Assembly (NCBI GenBank): GCA_964580075.1
Contig: CAZOJL010000001.1
Coordinates: 11,238 to 75,237 of the forward strand
DNA: 64,000 nt
Reading direction: 5' to 3'
Source: an uncultured Akkermansia sp.
GTDB taxonomy: Bacteria; Verrucomicrobiota; Kiritimatiellia; RFP12; JAAYNR01
Position 1 is the stretch's first letter; each line of letters begins with the position of its first letter. The translations under genes were made by a program, and so were the position numbers. A model generated the notes under the pieces. That model ran no database searches and was not told the DNA's origin. It was given only the letters and a program-made list of their open reading frames with translations. This document shows positions 1 to 9,237 of the stretch, piece after piece.

Positions 1-103
1 CCGGCTCGATTGTATTCGCTCGCCCATGTCCACGCCCTTATAAACCTGCCTATTCTGGATCTTGACGCCGTTGCGAGGAGCTAATGTATGGCGAAGCTGA
101 TGA

Positions 104-236
104 AAGCGGCGTCGCGCGGAATACCGCTTGCGGCGCGCACTCCAAAATGGCTGGCGCCGCATCCCTCCGCCATCGCCCCGGCGGCAGCGTCTGGAGTGCG
201 CGCGGCAAGCGGTATTCCGCGCGACGCCGCTCTTTT
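104..236. repeat. ~40-bp near-perfect inverted repeat (1 mismatch) with 48-nt spacer, followed by CTCTTTTG on + strand
   Basis: Left arm aaagcggcgtcgcgcggaataccgcttgcggcgcgcactcca (104-143) is the reverse complement of 192-236 except one base; T-run follows on + strand. Confidence 0.6.
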
Positions 237-387
237 GCACGTCCGAAACGCCTCACCCGACCGAGATGAACCACGAAGGGCACGAAAGACTCTTTTTCTG
301 TCTGGCTGTGTCTGGTTATGACTGACCCGTGTTATTCGACCCCGATACCGATACCGACCCCGACAACGCACATACCCACCCACTCAC

Positions 388-2349
388 TCACTCCATCATC
401 CCCAGTCGCAAAACCGGCAGCACCTCCTGCTGAAGGGTGGTGTCGAGATCGAACAGCGCAAATCCCGGGCATCCAGCCTGGCGCAAGGCGTTGATCTGGT
501 CGATCACCTGGATCGGATCGAGACGGCTCTCGGCGGCGGTCACGCCCAGACCGGGGAGGACCCGCCGCGCCTGAGCCTTATTGCGCGTCTGGTCGGTTAC
601 CAGCGCGGCGAAGGCGTCGAGGCTTTCGGTGTAGTTCATCGGCATCACATAGTCGACGAGCCTGTTGCGCAGCCAGGCCTCCCAATCCTGTCCCACCGCC
701 TCCACGCAGGAGGGGTATTTGCCGAAAACAGCGGCTGTCAACCATTTGCCGGGTGCGTGCGCGCGCATGGCCAGCCGGGCATCCCCCACGAACCGCCCGA
801 CCTGTTCCGTCCGCCAGCGCATGAACGCGATCCGCTCCGCGCCGCCCACCGTCACCGCCTGCGGCCACATCGTGAGGCGGTGTCCCAGCGCCTGCTCGAA
901 ACGTGGGCGAACCGACGGTCCGAGACTGCCGCTGAAATCGGGATAACGAACAAAGTCCAGGTGGACGCCATCGGGCGCGTAACGCACCGCCACCTCGCGC
1001 ACCGCCCGCGTCAGATAGTCACGCACGTCGGGCACAGCCGGATCAAGCCACGGCCGATCGCGGCCGTCCGGCTGCGTGAGCAACCAGCCGCGTTGGCTGA
1101 AGATGGCCATCCGCTCAGTTGTCGCCTGCTCGGTGCTGAAGCAAAGCAACCAGGCATGCACCCGGATCCCATAGGGGCGGGCCGCGTCGATGCACGCCCG
1201 GAGTTGGTCTCCCTGCTCTTCAAAAATACGCGAACGCGGCAGCACGTCGCTTGCATAATGGGCAAAACCCGCCCCGCCGACATTCACCAGAAGATCGGAC
1301 ACCCCCGCCGCATCGAGCATCATGCATGTCCGTTTCCAATTGCCGGGATAGAGCCCCATCCCGGAATGATCCCACACGGCGCGGATCTCCCCGCCACGCA
1401 CGGTCTGCAGCAGCCCGTAGACCTCGCGCATCCGCCCCTGCAGCGTCAGGGCGCCGTTCCACGCGTCGGCGCCCTTGCCGACACGCAGCAGCTCACGGGT
1501 TTTCCGCTCCCATCGTGCCGCCGCCTGCGCCGCCGCGACCGCCCGTTTCCGTCTGGCGGGATCGGCGACTTTCCGTGCCGCCACCTCGATCGCCGCAGGC
1601 GAGGCGTAGGCCCCCGCGCGTGACGCCTGTTCCACGAGCCGCACGGCGGCCTTCCCCCACAACTCCGGATCGGCCGAGCCTGCCAATGCCAGCAGTAAAC
1701 GCCCCTTGGCCTCCGCGTCGCCGTCGGCCAGCAACACATGCGTCATCCAATATCCCTGGGGCGACACCAGCCACGCCGGATCGGTCGCCCGGCCCGCACG
1801 ATCAACCCACCACGCCAGCACCGTTGAACGCCCGGTGATCGGTTCCGCCCCCATCAGGTTGGGAGACGTCTGCCGGATCTCCTCAGGCACGCCCATCGGA
1901 CGCGACTCCACAAAGCGCATTGCCGACCAACGGCCGTCCGCACCCGCCCGTTGGTACCCGGTCACGCGCACGCCCATCAGATCGGCGAGGGGCGCCGACG
2001 CCGAATAGCAGACAATCAGCCGTCCGCCCCGGTCGATGAAGGCGCGGCACGCGGCAACCTGCGTGGGTGTCGGCTGCGAAACATAGACGAGCGCCACCAC
2101 CCGCTGCCCTTGCAGCTTCTGGTCCAGAAGCGTGTCGTCCGTCACGTCGGCTTCAAGCCCCACCTCGCGGAACCAGCGCACCACGTGCCGCGCCAGCGCC
2201 GCGGCAAAGCGCCGCTCGCCCTCCGGAACCGACTCGTGCCCATGGACCACCCGCAGGTCCGACGCCGTTGCCCCCTGCGCGCACCCCAGCGCCACGAGGA
2301 CGACTATCACGCGCGCCAGCACCCCTCTGCACGTCCGTCTTGCACGCAT
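388..2349 (-). CDS. Glycoside-hydrolase-like (GHL10/YddW-type) lipoprotein with N-terminal amidotransferase-like region
   Basis: Long ORF. Internal Met followed by lipoprotein-like signal MRARRTCRGVLARVIVVLVALGCAQG. C-terminal half resembles GHL10-family TIM-barrel proteins (WDHSGMGLYPGNW..., VHAWLLCF). Family assignment from memory, not alignment. Confidence 0.5.
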   Translation of the reverse strand: MRARRTCRGVLARVIVVLVALGCAQGATASDLRVVHGHESVPEGERRFAAALARHVVRWFREVGLEADVTDDTLLDQKLQGQRVVALVYVSQPTPTQVAACRAFIDRGGRLIVCYSASAPLADLMGVRVTGYQRAGADGRWSAMRFVESRPMGVPEEIRQTSPNLMGAEPITGRSTVLAWWVDRAGRATDPAWLVSPQGYWMTHVLLADGDAEAKGRLLLALAGSADPELWGKAAVRLVEQASRAGAYASPAAIEVAARKVADPARRKRAVAAAQAAARWERKTRELLRVGKGADAWNGALTLQGRMREVYGLLQTVRGGEIRAVWDHSGMGLYPGNWKRTCMMLDAAGVSDLLVNVGGAGFAHYASDVLPRSRIFEEQGDQLRACIDAARPYGIRVHAWLLCFSTEQATTERMAIFSQRGWLLTQPDGRDRPWLDPAVPDVRDYLTRAVREVAVRYAPDGVHLDFVRYPDFSGSLGPSVRPRFEQALGHRLTMWPQAVTVGGAERIAFMRWRTEQVGRFVGDARLAMRAHAPGKWLTAAVFGKYPSCVEAVGQDWEAWLRNRLVDYVMPMNYTESLDAFAALVTDQTRNKAQARRVLPGLGVTAAESRLDPIQVIDQINALRQAGCPGFALFDLDTTLQQEVLPVLRLGMME

Positions 2350-2357
2350 CGAAAACC

Positions 2358-3731
2358 TCAATTCATCAACGCATGGATGGGCGCCGGGATATGTCCCCCG
2401 CGTCCGACGAAGGTCTCCGCGCCCTGCGGGCACGCGGGCGCAGTCACGACACCCGCACCAAAAAGACCGCCAAAATCAACCCGCTCGCCCATCGCCGCGT
2501 CCGGCACCGGAATCACCCGCACACCCGTGGTCTTGCGGGTTGAAATGCCGATCGCGGCCTCGTCCATGATGATCCCCGCCAGGCAGGCCTCGGTCGTGTC
2601 GCCGGGGAGCAGGATCATGTCCAGCCCGACCGAACAGACCGCCGTCATGGCCTCCAGCTTCTCCAACGTCAGATCCCCCCTCTCGACCGCAGCCGAGAGG
2701 GCGTGGTCTTCCATCACGGGGATAAACGCGCCAGAAAGCCCGCCCACCGCACTGGAGGCGAACGCGCCTCCCTTCTTGACCGCATCATTGAGCAGCATCA
2801 CGGCGGCGGTTGTCCCCGGCGCTCCGACGCGCGCCACCCCCATCGCCTGATAAATCTCTCCGACGCTGTCCCCCACCCGCGGAGTCGGCGCCAGCGAGAG
2901 ATCCACGACGCCGAAGGGAATGCCCAGGCGGTTGGCCACCTCGCGGCCGATCAACTCACCCGTGCGTGTGACGCGGAACGCGGTATGTTTGATCTCCTCG
3001 GCAATCCGGTCGAGCGTCGCGTCGGGATAGCGCGCCACCAGGCGGTCGATCGCCCGTTTCACCACGCCGGGTCCGCTCACGCCGACGTTGATCACGCACT
3101 CGGGCTCGCCGGCGCCGAGCAGCGCGCCCGCCATGAACGGGTTATCCTCGGGCATGTTGGCAAACACCACGATCTTCGCCGCGCCAAACCCGCGTTGCGC
3201 CCGGGTCGCCTGCGCGGTGGCGATGATCTGTCGCGCGACCAGGCGAATCGCATCCACATTCATCCCCGCGCGGGTTGTGCCCACATTGATCGAGGCGCAT
3301 ACCCGCCCGGTCTGCGCGAGGGCCTGCGGCAGCGCCTCCAGCAGCGTCCGCTCGCCCGGCGTCATCCCCTTGTGCACCAGCGCCGAGAACCCGCCGAGCA
3401 GATCAATCCGCACCGCGTCGGCCGCGCGGTCGAGCGCCTGCGCCACCTTCACCGCCGTTTCAACGGTGTGCCCCTCGAGAAGAATCGAGGCGGGCGAGAT
3501 CGCGATCCGCTTGTTGACGATCGGCAGGCCGTATTTTGCCGACACCTCGTCGCAATACGCCACATGATTCCCCGCGAGGGTGATGATCCGCTCGTACACC
3601 GCGCGCGCCAGCGCCTCGGGGTCTCGCCCCGCGCACACGTTGAGGTTGATGCCCAGGGTGACGGTGCGCACATCGAGGTTCTCCTGCTCGACCATGCGGA
3701 GGGTGTCTAGAATGTCTTGGCGTGCGATCAT
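2358..3731 (-). CDS. UPF0210 (DUF711) family protein
   Basis: 457 aa. N-terminus MIARQDILDTLRMVEQENLDVRTVTLGINL matches the conserved UPF0210 N-terminus. Its usual ACT-domain partner gene is adjacent. Confidence 0.6.
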   Translation of the reverse strand: MIARQDILDTLRMVEQENLDVRTVTLGINLNVCAGRDPEALARAVYERIITLAGNHVAYCDEVSAKYGLPIVNKRIAISPASILLEGHTVETAVKVAQALDRAADAVRIDLLGGFSALVHKGMTPGERTLLEALPQALAQTGRVCASINVGTTRAGMNVDAIRLVARQIIATAQATRAQRGFGAAKIVVFANMPEDNPFMAGALLGAGEPECVINVGVSGPGVVKRAIDRLVARYPDATLDRIAEEIKHTAFRVTRTGELIGREVANRLGIPFGVVDLSLAPTPRVGDSVGEIYQAMGVARVGAPGTTAAVMLLNDAVKKGGAFASSAVGGLSGAFIPVMEDHALSAAVERGDLTLEKLEAMTAVCSVGLDMILLPGDTTEACLAGIIMDEAAIGISTRKTTGVRVIPVPDAAMGERVDFGGLFGAGVVTAPACPQGAETFVGRGGHIPAPIHALMN

Positions 3732-3734
3732 GGA

Positions 3735-4301
3735 TCAGTTCCCCGCAAGCAGGTTGTGGATCGCGCCGATCTCGCTCGTGGCGCGAAAGATGTTCTGATG
3801 GCAAATCGAGGCGCGCAACCCGCGCTGGGCCATCGCGGCGCGGAAGTCGGCCTGCACCTGACGGAAGTCGGCCTCGGGCGGCAGGACAACCTCGGCGATG
3901 TAGACCACATCGTCCTGCTCCCCCTCAACCATCCAGTCAATGATGTTGATTCCCCGGTCGACAAAGAACTGGCTGATGCCATAGACCGTTCCCGGGCGAT
4001 CAGGGCCGCGTGTGGTGACAACATAGGGTGATCCGGCGGGGAGGGGTGTGGGCGGCCGCGTGACAAAGGACCGCACCGAGACGGCTGCCGCGGCCTCGAG
4101 CGCACCGGACAGCGACGCCGTGAGCACGCCAGCGTCAGTGGCAGGCGTAAAAGCGGCCGTGAATACGAGATTGAAGAATCCGTGCACGGTGGTCTGGCGA
4201 ATCGCCGCAATGTTGCCACCGTGCGCGTAGACCACCCGCGTCACATCCCGGAGGATGCCCACGCGGTCAGGCGTCAATACAGAAATAACGGCTTGTTCCA
4301 T
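3735..4301 (-). CDS. Tandem ACT-domain regulatory protein (UPF0237/GcvR-like)
   Basis: Two ACT-like units (VISVLTPDRVGILRDVTRVVYAHGGNI; VVTTRGPDRPGTVYGISQFFVDRGINI). Start moved to internal Met 4301 (MEQAVISV). Ends 4 bp upstream of the UPF0210 start. Confidence 0.5.
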   Translation of the reverse strand: MEQAVISVLTPDRVGILRDVTRVVYAHGGNIAAIRQTTVHGFFNLVFTAAFTPATDAGVLTASLSGALEAAAAVSVRSFVTRPPTPLPAGSPYVVTTRGPDRPGTVYGISQFFVDRGINIIDWMVEGEQDDVVYIAEVVLPPEADFRQVQADFRAAMAQRGLRASICHQNIFRATSEIGAIHNLLAGN

Positions 4302-4378
4302 AAGGATCGTGACCCCCTTCGGAAGCGGCTGTCCGAAGCCCCCGGCTCCAGACACTCCACGAGATGCCCCCGCTCGTT

Positions 4379-5458
4379 TTAAAGCAATGTCGGCGTGAGT
4401 TCGGCGTGCGACGGAAGCGTTTCAAGCGAAGCCTGGAGCAGCCGGATGCTGTTCTCCACATCGCTCAGACTCACGGTTTCAACCGCGCTATGCATGTACC
4501 GAAGCGGTACACTGATCAGCGCGACGGCGGCACCGACACCGGCCTGGCGCATCGCCCAGGCATTGGTCGAGCTGCCGCGGCTGCGGACCTGCCGCTGACA
4601 GGCGATGGCCTGCGCGGCAGCGGTCTTCTCAATGTGGCCGCGCAGCACCGGATGGTAGGTCGGGCCGTAGCAAATGATCGGCCCTTTGCCGAGGGCGACA
4701 TCACCGACCAACTTGTTGTCGTTTCCGGGGGTGTCCGACGCGAAGCCGACATCCACGCAGATGCCGGCGTGCGGACGGATCGCATACGCCGCAGTGGTCG
4801 CGCCGACAAGCCCCAACTCCTCCTGCACAGACGCAACCAGGTGGATTTCGACAGGCAGCGGTTTGCCTGCCACGCGACGGAACGCCTCGGTGACGACGAA
4901 CGCGCCCACGCGGTTGTCGAACCCCCGGCACGACACGCGGTCCCCCGCAAGCGGACGCCAGCCGGCGTCGATCACGGCCGGAGCCCCCAACTCGACCAGA
5001 GACTCGGCCTCCGCCCGACTGGCCGCGCCGATGTCAACCGTGATGTCGGTCAGCTCTTTCGGGGCGACCTTGTCCCGTTCATCCTGCTTCATCAGATGCA
5101 TCGGGCGAACGCCGAACACGCCGTTGACCGGGCCGGAACGCCCCTGGATAATGACCCGCTCGCCCGCAAGCAGCGGCACCATCACACCGCCAATGGCGGT
5201 CAGGGTGAGAAACCCCTTTTCGTCGATGTATTGCACCATGAACCCGATCTCGTCACAATGCCCCTCGATCATCACCCGCATCGGAGCGCCGGGGTTGAGG
5301 ATGGCGTGCAGGTTTCCGTGCAGGTCGAGCGCAACCGACGCCGCATGCGGTTTGAGGGCGGCGGCCAACAGACGCAGGCCATCCGACTCCCATCCGGAAG
5401 GCGTCGGTGTCGCCAACAGCCGTTTCAGCAATTCCAGCGCAGGTGCATCCATGGTCAT
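4379..5458 (-). CDS. M42 family metallopeptidase (FrvX/YsdC-like aminopeptidase/endoglucanase-like)
   Basis: 359 aa. MIEGHCDEIGFMV motif and overall M42 organisation. Confidence 0.65.
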   Translation of the reverse strand: MTMDAPALELLKRLLATPTPSGWESDGLRLLAAALKPHAASVALDLHGNLHAILNPGAPMRVMIEGHCDEIGFMVQYIDEKGFLTLTAIGGVMVPLLAGERVIIQGRSGPVNGVFGVRPMHLMKQDERDKVAPKELTDITVDIGAASRAEAESLVELGAPAVIDAGWRPLAGDRVSCRGFDNRVGAFVVTEAFRRVAGKPLPVEIHLVASVQEELGLVGATTAAYAIRPHAGICVDVGFASDTPGNDNKLVGDVALGKGPIICYGPTYHPVLRGHIEKTAAAQAIACQRQVRSRGSSTNAWAMRQAGVGAAVALISVPLRYMHSAVETVSLSDVENSIRLLQASLETLPSHAELTPTLL

Positions 5459-5589
5459 CCCCTTTTTTTCACGGCATCATACCACACTCCGCCGACCTGT
5501 CACAGAATTCCGTATCGTTCATTCTTGCAATACCCCGGCCGTTATGGCACCCTCTTTTCGTTGTAATGCGGTTGCGGCATGCGCAAACG

Positions 5590-5622
5590 CGACAGGAACG
5601 TGACAACGACAGGAACGTGACG
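5590..5622 (+). promoter_or_regulatory. Two tandem 16-17-bp direct repeats (cgacaggaacgtgacA / cgacaggaacgtgacG) abutting the secretin start codon
   Basis: Seen directly: acgcgacaggaacgtgacaacgacaggaacgtgacgATG. The second copy supplies the AGGAAC Shine-Dalgarno-like sequence. Confidence 0.4.
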
Positions 5623-7002
5623 ATGAAACAAGGTCTTCTCAACTCGCTTATCCTGGTGATGATGGCGGTACTGGCGGTCGATGAGGTGTTGGCCCAGCAG
5701 CCCCCCGGTCGCGCGCGCAGGCGGCCCGAAGCACCGGCGAGTGTGAACGGAACGGCTGGCGAAATCAAGGTGACGGCGGAACGCGCGGCGGAACCGGTTC
5801 CGGAAGCGGCTCCGGCACCGGAAGCGGCTCCCGAAGCCGCTCCGGGATCCGGCGGCGCGCTCGAAGATTACGCCCGCATTGCGGCGAGTTTCGCCGCCGA
5901 GGCCAACAGCGACCAGGTCGTCCGTTTTCATCGCTGCCTGCATATCCGCGGCGACACGCTGGCGCAAGCGCTGGAAAACTTCATGACACCGGCGGGAACG
6001 GTCGCGGCCAACGAAGAGTCTGATCTCGTGGTGATTTCGGACGTAGCCGACAATCTCGAGCTGTTGCTCGAGGTCGCCGCCCAACTGGATCAGCCGGTCG
6101 GCCAGGTGCTGATCGAGGCGCGGATCGTTGAATTCAGCGTCGACAGCGATTTCCAGAAAGAGGTCAATCTCGAATTCCAACGACTGAGCAACGTGACCGG
6201 GATTCCCAGTCTGCCGCCGAACTACATGGATTTCGTCGGACGCCTCACCGACGCGTTCATTGATCCGGGAAGCAACCCGCTGGCCACACGCGGCAGCCTC
6301 TCCTACATGCGCTGGGATGCGGGCAAGGAGAGCCTGCTCACCGTTTTCATCCGTTTTCTGGAGAACAACGGCAAAGCCAAAATCCTGTCGGCGCCGAACC
6401 TGATCCTGCGGCGCGGCAGCGAGGGGAGCATCATCACCGGGGAGGAAGTGCCGATCCAGACGCAAACGATCACCTCCGGCTCCGTCAGCACATCGACCAC
6501 CTTCAAAAGCGTCGGCATCAAATTGCGGGTCATCCCGATCACCGTCGACAACGGCCGCATCCGTCTGCAGGTCAATCCCGAAGTATCCAATGTCAACCGC
6601 TACGACGAGAAAACGGGCGCGCCGATCATCGCCGTCCGCAGCGCCAACACCGAGCTGGATGTAGGCGATGGTCAACTCGTATCGATCGGCGGCCTCCTCC
6701 GCAGCGAGGAAATCGAACGGCAGCGGCGGGTGCCGATCCTCTCCCGCATCCCCCTGCTCGGGCAACTCTTCCGGGGCACCACCCGGCGCAGCGTGCAGAC
6801 CCAGTTGGTCATTTTCCTGCGGGCCACCGTGCTGGATCAGGCGCTGGACACGTTGCCGCCGTTGCGCAACCTCGAACTGCCGCCGGAAATCCAAAGCCAG
6901 ATCGATCATGAGGAGGCGCGTCTGAGTCTGCCGCGCCCGAGCCTGCGCGACGACCTCAAGAAACTCGCTGACGGGAACCGGCAGGAGACGCAACCGGAAT
7001 GA
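5623..7002 (+). CDS. Secretin (GspD/PilQ family) with signal peptide, Ala/Pro-rich linker, single secretin_N domain and C-terminal secretin domain
   Basis: Signal peptide MKQGLLNSLILVMMAVLAVDEVLAQ. NolW-like N domain (LVVISDVADNLELLLEVAAQLDQPVGQVLIEARIVEF). Canonical secretin core (ILSAPNLILRRGSEGSIITGEEVPI...VPILSRIPLLGQLFRGT...QLVIFLRATV). The 5407 start of the ORF track gives a non-protein-like extension, so start placed at 5623. Confidence 0.7.
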   Translation: MKQGLLNSLILVMMAVLAVDEVLAQQPPGRARRRPEAPASVNGTAGEIKVTAERAAEPVPEAAPAPEAAPEAAPGSGGALEDYARIAASFAAEANSDQVVRFHRCLHIRGDTLAQALENFMTPAGTVAANEESDLVVISDVADNLELLLEVAAQLDQPVGQVLIEARIVEFSVDSDFQKEVNLEFQRLSNVTGIPSLPPNYMDFVGRLTDAFIDPGSNPLATRGSLSYMRWDAGKESLLTVFIRFLENNGKAKILSAPNLILRRGSEGSIITGEEVPIQTQTITSGSVSTSTTFKSVGIKLRVIPITVDNGRIRLQVNPEVSNVNRYDEKTGAPIIAVRSANTELDVGDGQLVSIGGLLRSEEIERQRRVPILSRIPLLGQLFRGTTRRSVQTQLVIFLRATVLDQALDTLPPLRNLELPPEIQSQIDHEEARLSLPRPSLRDDLKKLADGNRQETQPE

Positions 7003-8519
7003 AGCAAGAGGCGTCCAGAATGCGCGTGGGACGCGTGCTGCTGGTTGCCGTAGCCCTGGCGGCCGCCGGGGTCGGCGGTGTCACCGCGTGGCGCCGCGCA
7101 GGCGCCACGCAACGTGACGGGAAAGACAGCGAGACGCGGGATCGCTATGCAACGGTGCAGCGGGGAGACTTTAACATCGCCCTGGAGATCGATGGCAATC
7201 TGGACGCGATCAAGCACCACATGATCCGTCCCGAGAACCGCACGGGGCGCTACGGGCTGGAAATCGTCGAGTTGGTTGCCGACCGCAGCGCCGTGAAGGC
7301 CGGCGATGTGCTGTTCCGGTTTTCCGAAGAGAAACACGTCATTGAACAAGACCGGTTGCAGTTGGCGCTCGCCGACGAGCAGACCAGCCTCAACCTGGCC
7401 GAGCAGGACCTCGATATGACCCGCGCCGGCAACCTGAGCTCCATCCGGGCCGCCTATGACCAACTGCGGTCCGCCGCGGATGCGCTCTCCCGCTATGAAG
7501 AGGAGGACGCCCGGCGCACGCGCAGCGAACTTCAGACCGCCATTCAGTCGGCGCGGGCCAAGCTCAGCCAAACGCGCACTGAACTCTCCGCCGCGCGCGC
7601 CCAGTTGTCGGATGCCCAGATGCAGGATCCCGACCGCGTGGCGGAACTGGAAAAGCTGGTGCGGGACAAAATCCAGGCCGTCAAAACCGTCGGTGACGAG
7701 TTGGACAAGGCGAGCGGAAATCTCCGTATCTTCAAGCAATACGACCATCCGCAGAAGATGAGGACTTTGCAAGAGAGCCTCACCAAGGCGGAAATGGCCC
7801 TGCAGCGCGACCTGGTCAACGCGGCCGGCAATCTGGTCAAGGATCAGCGGGTGATCCAGAATCACCGGGAGCGTATCCGCCAAGTGGAGGAGGAATTGAC
7901 CCAGATGGCCACCATCCGCAAGGCGCTCGTCCTGCGGGCGCCGACCGATGGCATCGTCACCATGGGCGACCCGAATCGGCGGGCGTGGGGTCAGCCGGAA
8001 GAGATCAAGGTCGGCAGCACGTTTGGCGAGGGTCAGGTGATCGCCTCGATTCCCGATTTGTCACGTTTCCTGGTGCGGGTCGATCTACCCGAGGAGTTCC
8101 GTTCCCGCATCACCACGGGGCTGCGCGCCATCTTGAGGAGCAAGGCGGTACCCGACCTGGTGATGGAGGGGAGCATCTCGCAGATTGCCGCCATGGCCCA
8201 GAATGTGGTGCATTGGGATCGTTCAAGTCCCAAGATCTATCCCGTCGAAGTCGCCACAGAGACCATGGACCCCCGGCTGATGCCGGGAATGACGATGCGG
8301 GTCGAAATCATCGTTGAAACCGTGACAAACGTCCTGCATCTGCCGATCGAAGCGATCTTCCAGCGCGAAGGGAAGACGTTTGCGCGGGTCAAGGGGGTGA
8401 CGGGAGTCGAAGAGCGGCCCGTGACCACGGGCCGGACTTCCAACAGTTTCGTGGAAATACTCTCCGGTTTGGAGGCGGGCGAGCGCGTCACCCTCTATCA
8501 ACCCGGCGTGGCAAAGTGA
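6999..8519 (+). CDS. HlyD-family periplasmic adaptor (MacA/T1SS-MFP-like) with long coiled coil
   Basis: N-terminal TM helix, ~200-aa coiled coil, and C-terminal beta-barrel/MPD regions typical of HlyD adaptors. ATG overlaps the secretin stop (ATGA at 6999-7002). Confidence 0.7.
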   Translation: MKQEASRMRVGRVLLVAVALAAAGVGGVTAWRRAGATQRDGKDSETRDRYATVQRGDFNIALEIDGNLDAIKHHMIRPENRTGRYGLEIVELVADRSAVKAGDVLFRFSEEKHVIEQDRLQLALADEQTSLNLAEQDLDMTRAGNLSSIRAAYDQLRSAADALSRYEEEDARRTRSELQTAIQSARAKLSQTRTELSAARAQLSDAQMQDPDRVAELEKLVRDKIQAVKTVGDELDKASGNLRIFKQYDHPQKMRTLQESLTKAEMALQRDLVNAAGNLVKDQRVIQNHRERIRQVEEELTQMATIRKALVLRAPTDGIVTMGDPNRRAWGQPEEIKVGSTFGEGQVIASIPDLSRFLVRVDLPEEFRSRITTGLRAILRSKAVPDLVMEGSISQIAAMAQNVVHWDRSSPKIYPVEVATETMDPRLMPGMTMRVEIIVETVTNVLHLPIEAIFQREGKTFARVKGVTGVEERPVTTGRTSNSFVEILSGLEAGERVTLYQPGVAK

Positions 8520-8525
8520 CCGGCT

Positions 8526-9233
8526 ATGGCGCTGCTGACTTTTAACGGTGTGACCAAGACCTACTACGAAGGCGCGACGCCGGTGCATGCGGTGCGCGAG
8601 GTGAGTTTCACCATTCCGACCGGCCAGTTCATAGCGGTCATGGGCGCCTCGGGATCGGGCAAATCGACCATCCTCAATATCGTCGGTATGCTCGACCGCC
8701 CTACCGCCGGCACGTACATACTCGAAACAACCGACGTCTCGTCGTTGAGCGACAATGCGATGTCCGATATTCGCTGCCGGCGGATCGGCATCGTCTTCCA
8801 ATCGTTCAACCTGTTCACCCAGTTCAGCGTGTTCGAAAACGTGTGCACCCCGATGCGCTATGCCCGCATCCCGCCATCTGTCATGCGGGCCAGGGCCCAC
8901 GAACTGATCGAGTTGCTCGGGCTGGGGCACCGCTTGAGGCACCGGCCGTCGCAATTGTCGGGCGGCGAACGCCAACGGGTGGCTATCGCGCGCGCGCTGG
9001 CCAACGACCCGCCGTTGGTGCTGGCCGATGAGCCGACCGGCAATCTGGACGAGAAAACGGGCGATGACGTCATGCGCATTCTCACCGGGCTGGTTGATCA
9101 CGGCCGCACCGTTGTCATGGTCACCCACAACCCCGCCTACGAGCAAATCGTCGACCGGGTGATCCGCCTGCACGACGGCACCATTGTCGAAGACCGGCCG
9201 GGCGGACGCCGGGCAGCCAGGACGGGGAGGTAA
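8526..9233 (+). CDS. ABC transporter ATP-binding protein (MacB/LolD-type)
   Basis: Walker A GASGSGKST, signature LSGGERQRVAIARAL, Walker B LVLADEPTGNLD. Confidence 0.8.
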   Translation: MALLTFNGVTKTYYEGATPVHAVREVSFTIPTGQFIAVMGASGSGKSTILNIVGMLDRPTAGTYILETTDVSSLSDNAMSDIRCRRIGIVFQSFNLFTQFSVFENVCTPMRYARIPPSVMRARAHELIELLGLGHRLRHRPSQLSGGERQRVAIARALANDPPLVLADEPTGNLDEKTGDDVMRILTGLVDHGRTVVMVTHNPAYEQIVDRVIRLHDGTIVEDRPGGRRAARTGR

Positions 9234-9237
9234 GGCC

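Noticed and set aside
757-2850. Many long ORFs on the strand opposite to annotated genes (e.g. 757-1623, 1951-2850, 11264-13579, 14398-16212, 16543-17730, 31858-33210, 34190-35731, 35632-37380, 43573-44766, 45964-47352, 52347-54773, 55884-56345, 59336-60250)
   Set aside because: Pro/Arg/Ala/Gly-rich low-complexity translations characteristic of antisense frames in ~65% GC DNA. Each is fully contained within a better-supported gene on the other strand.
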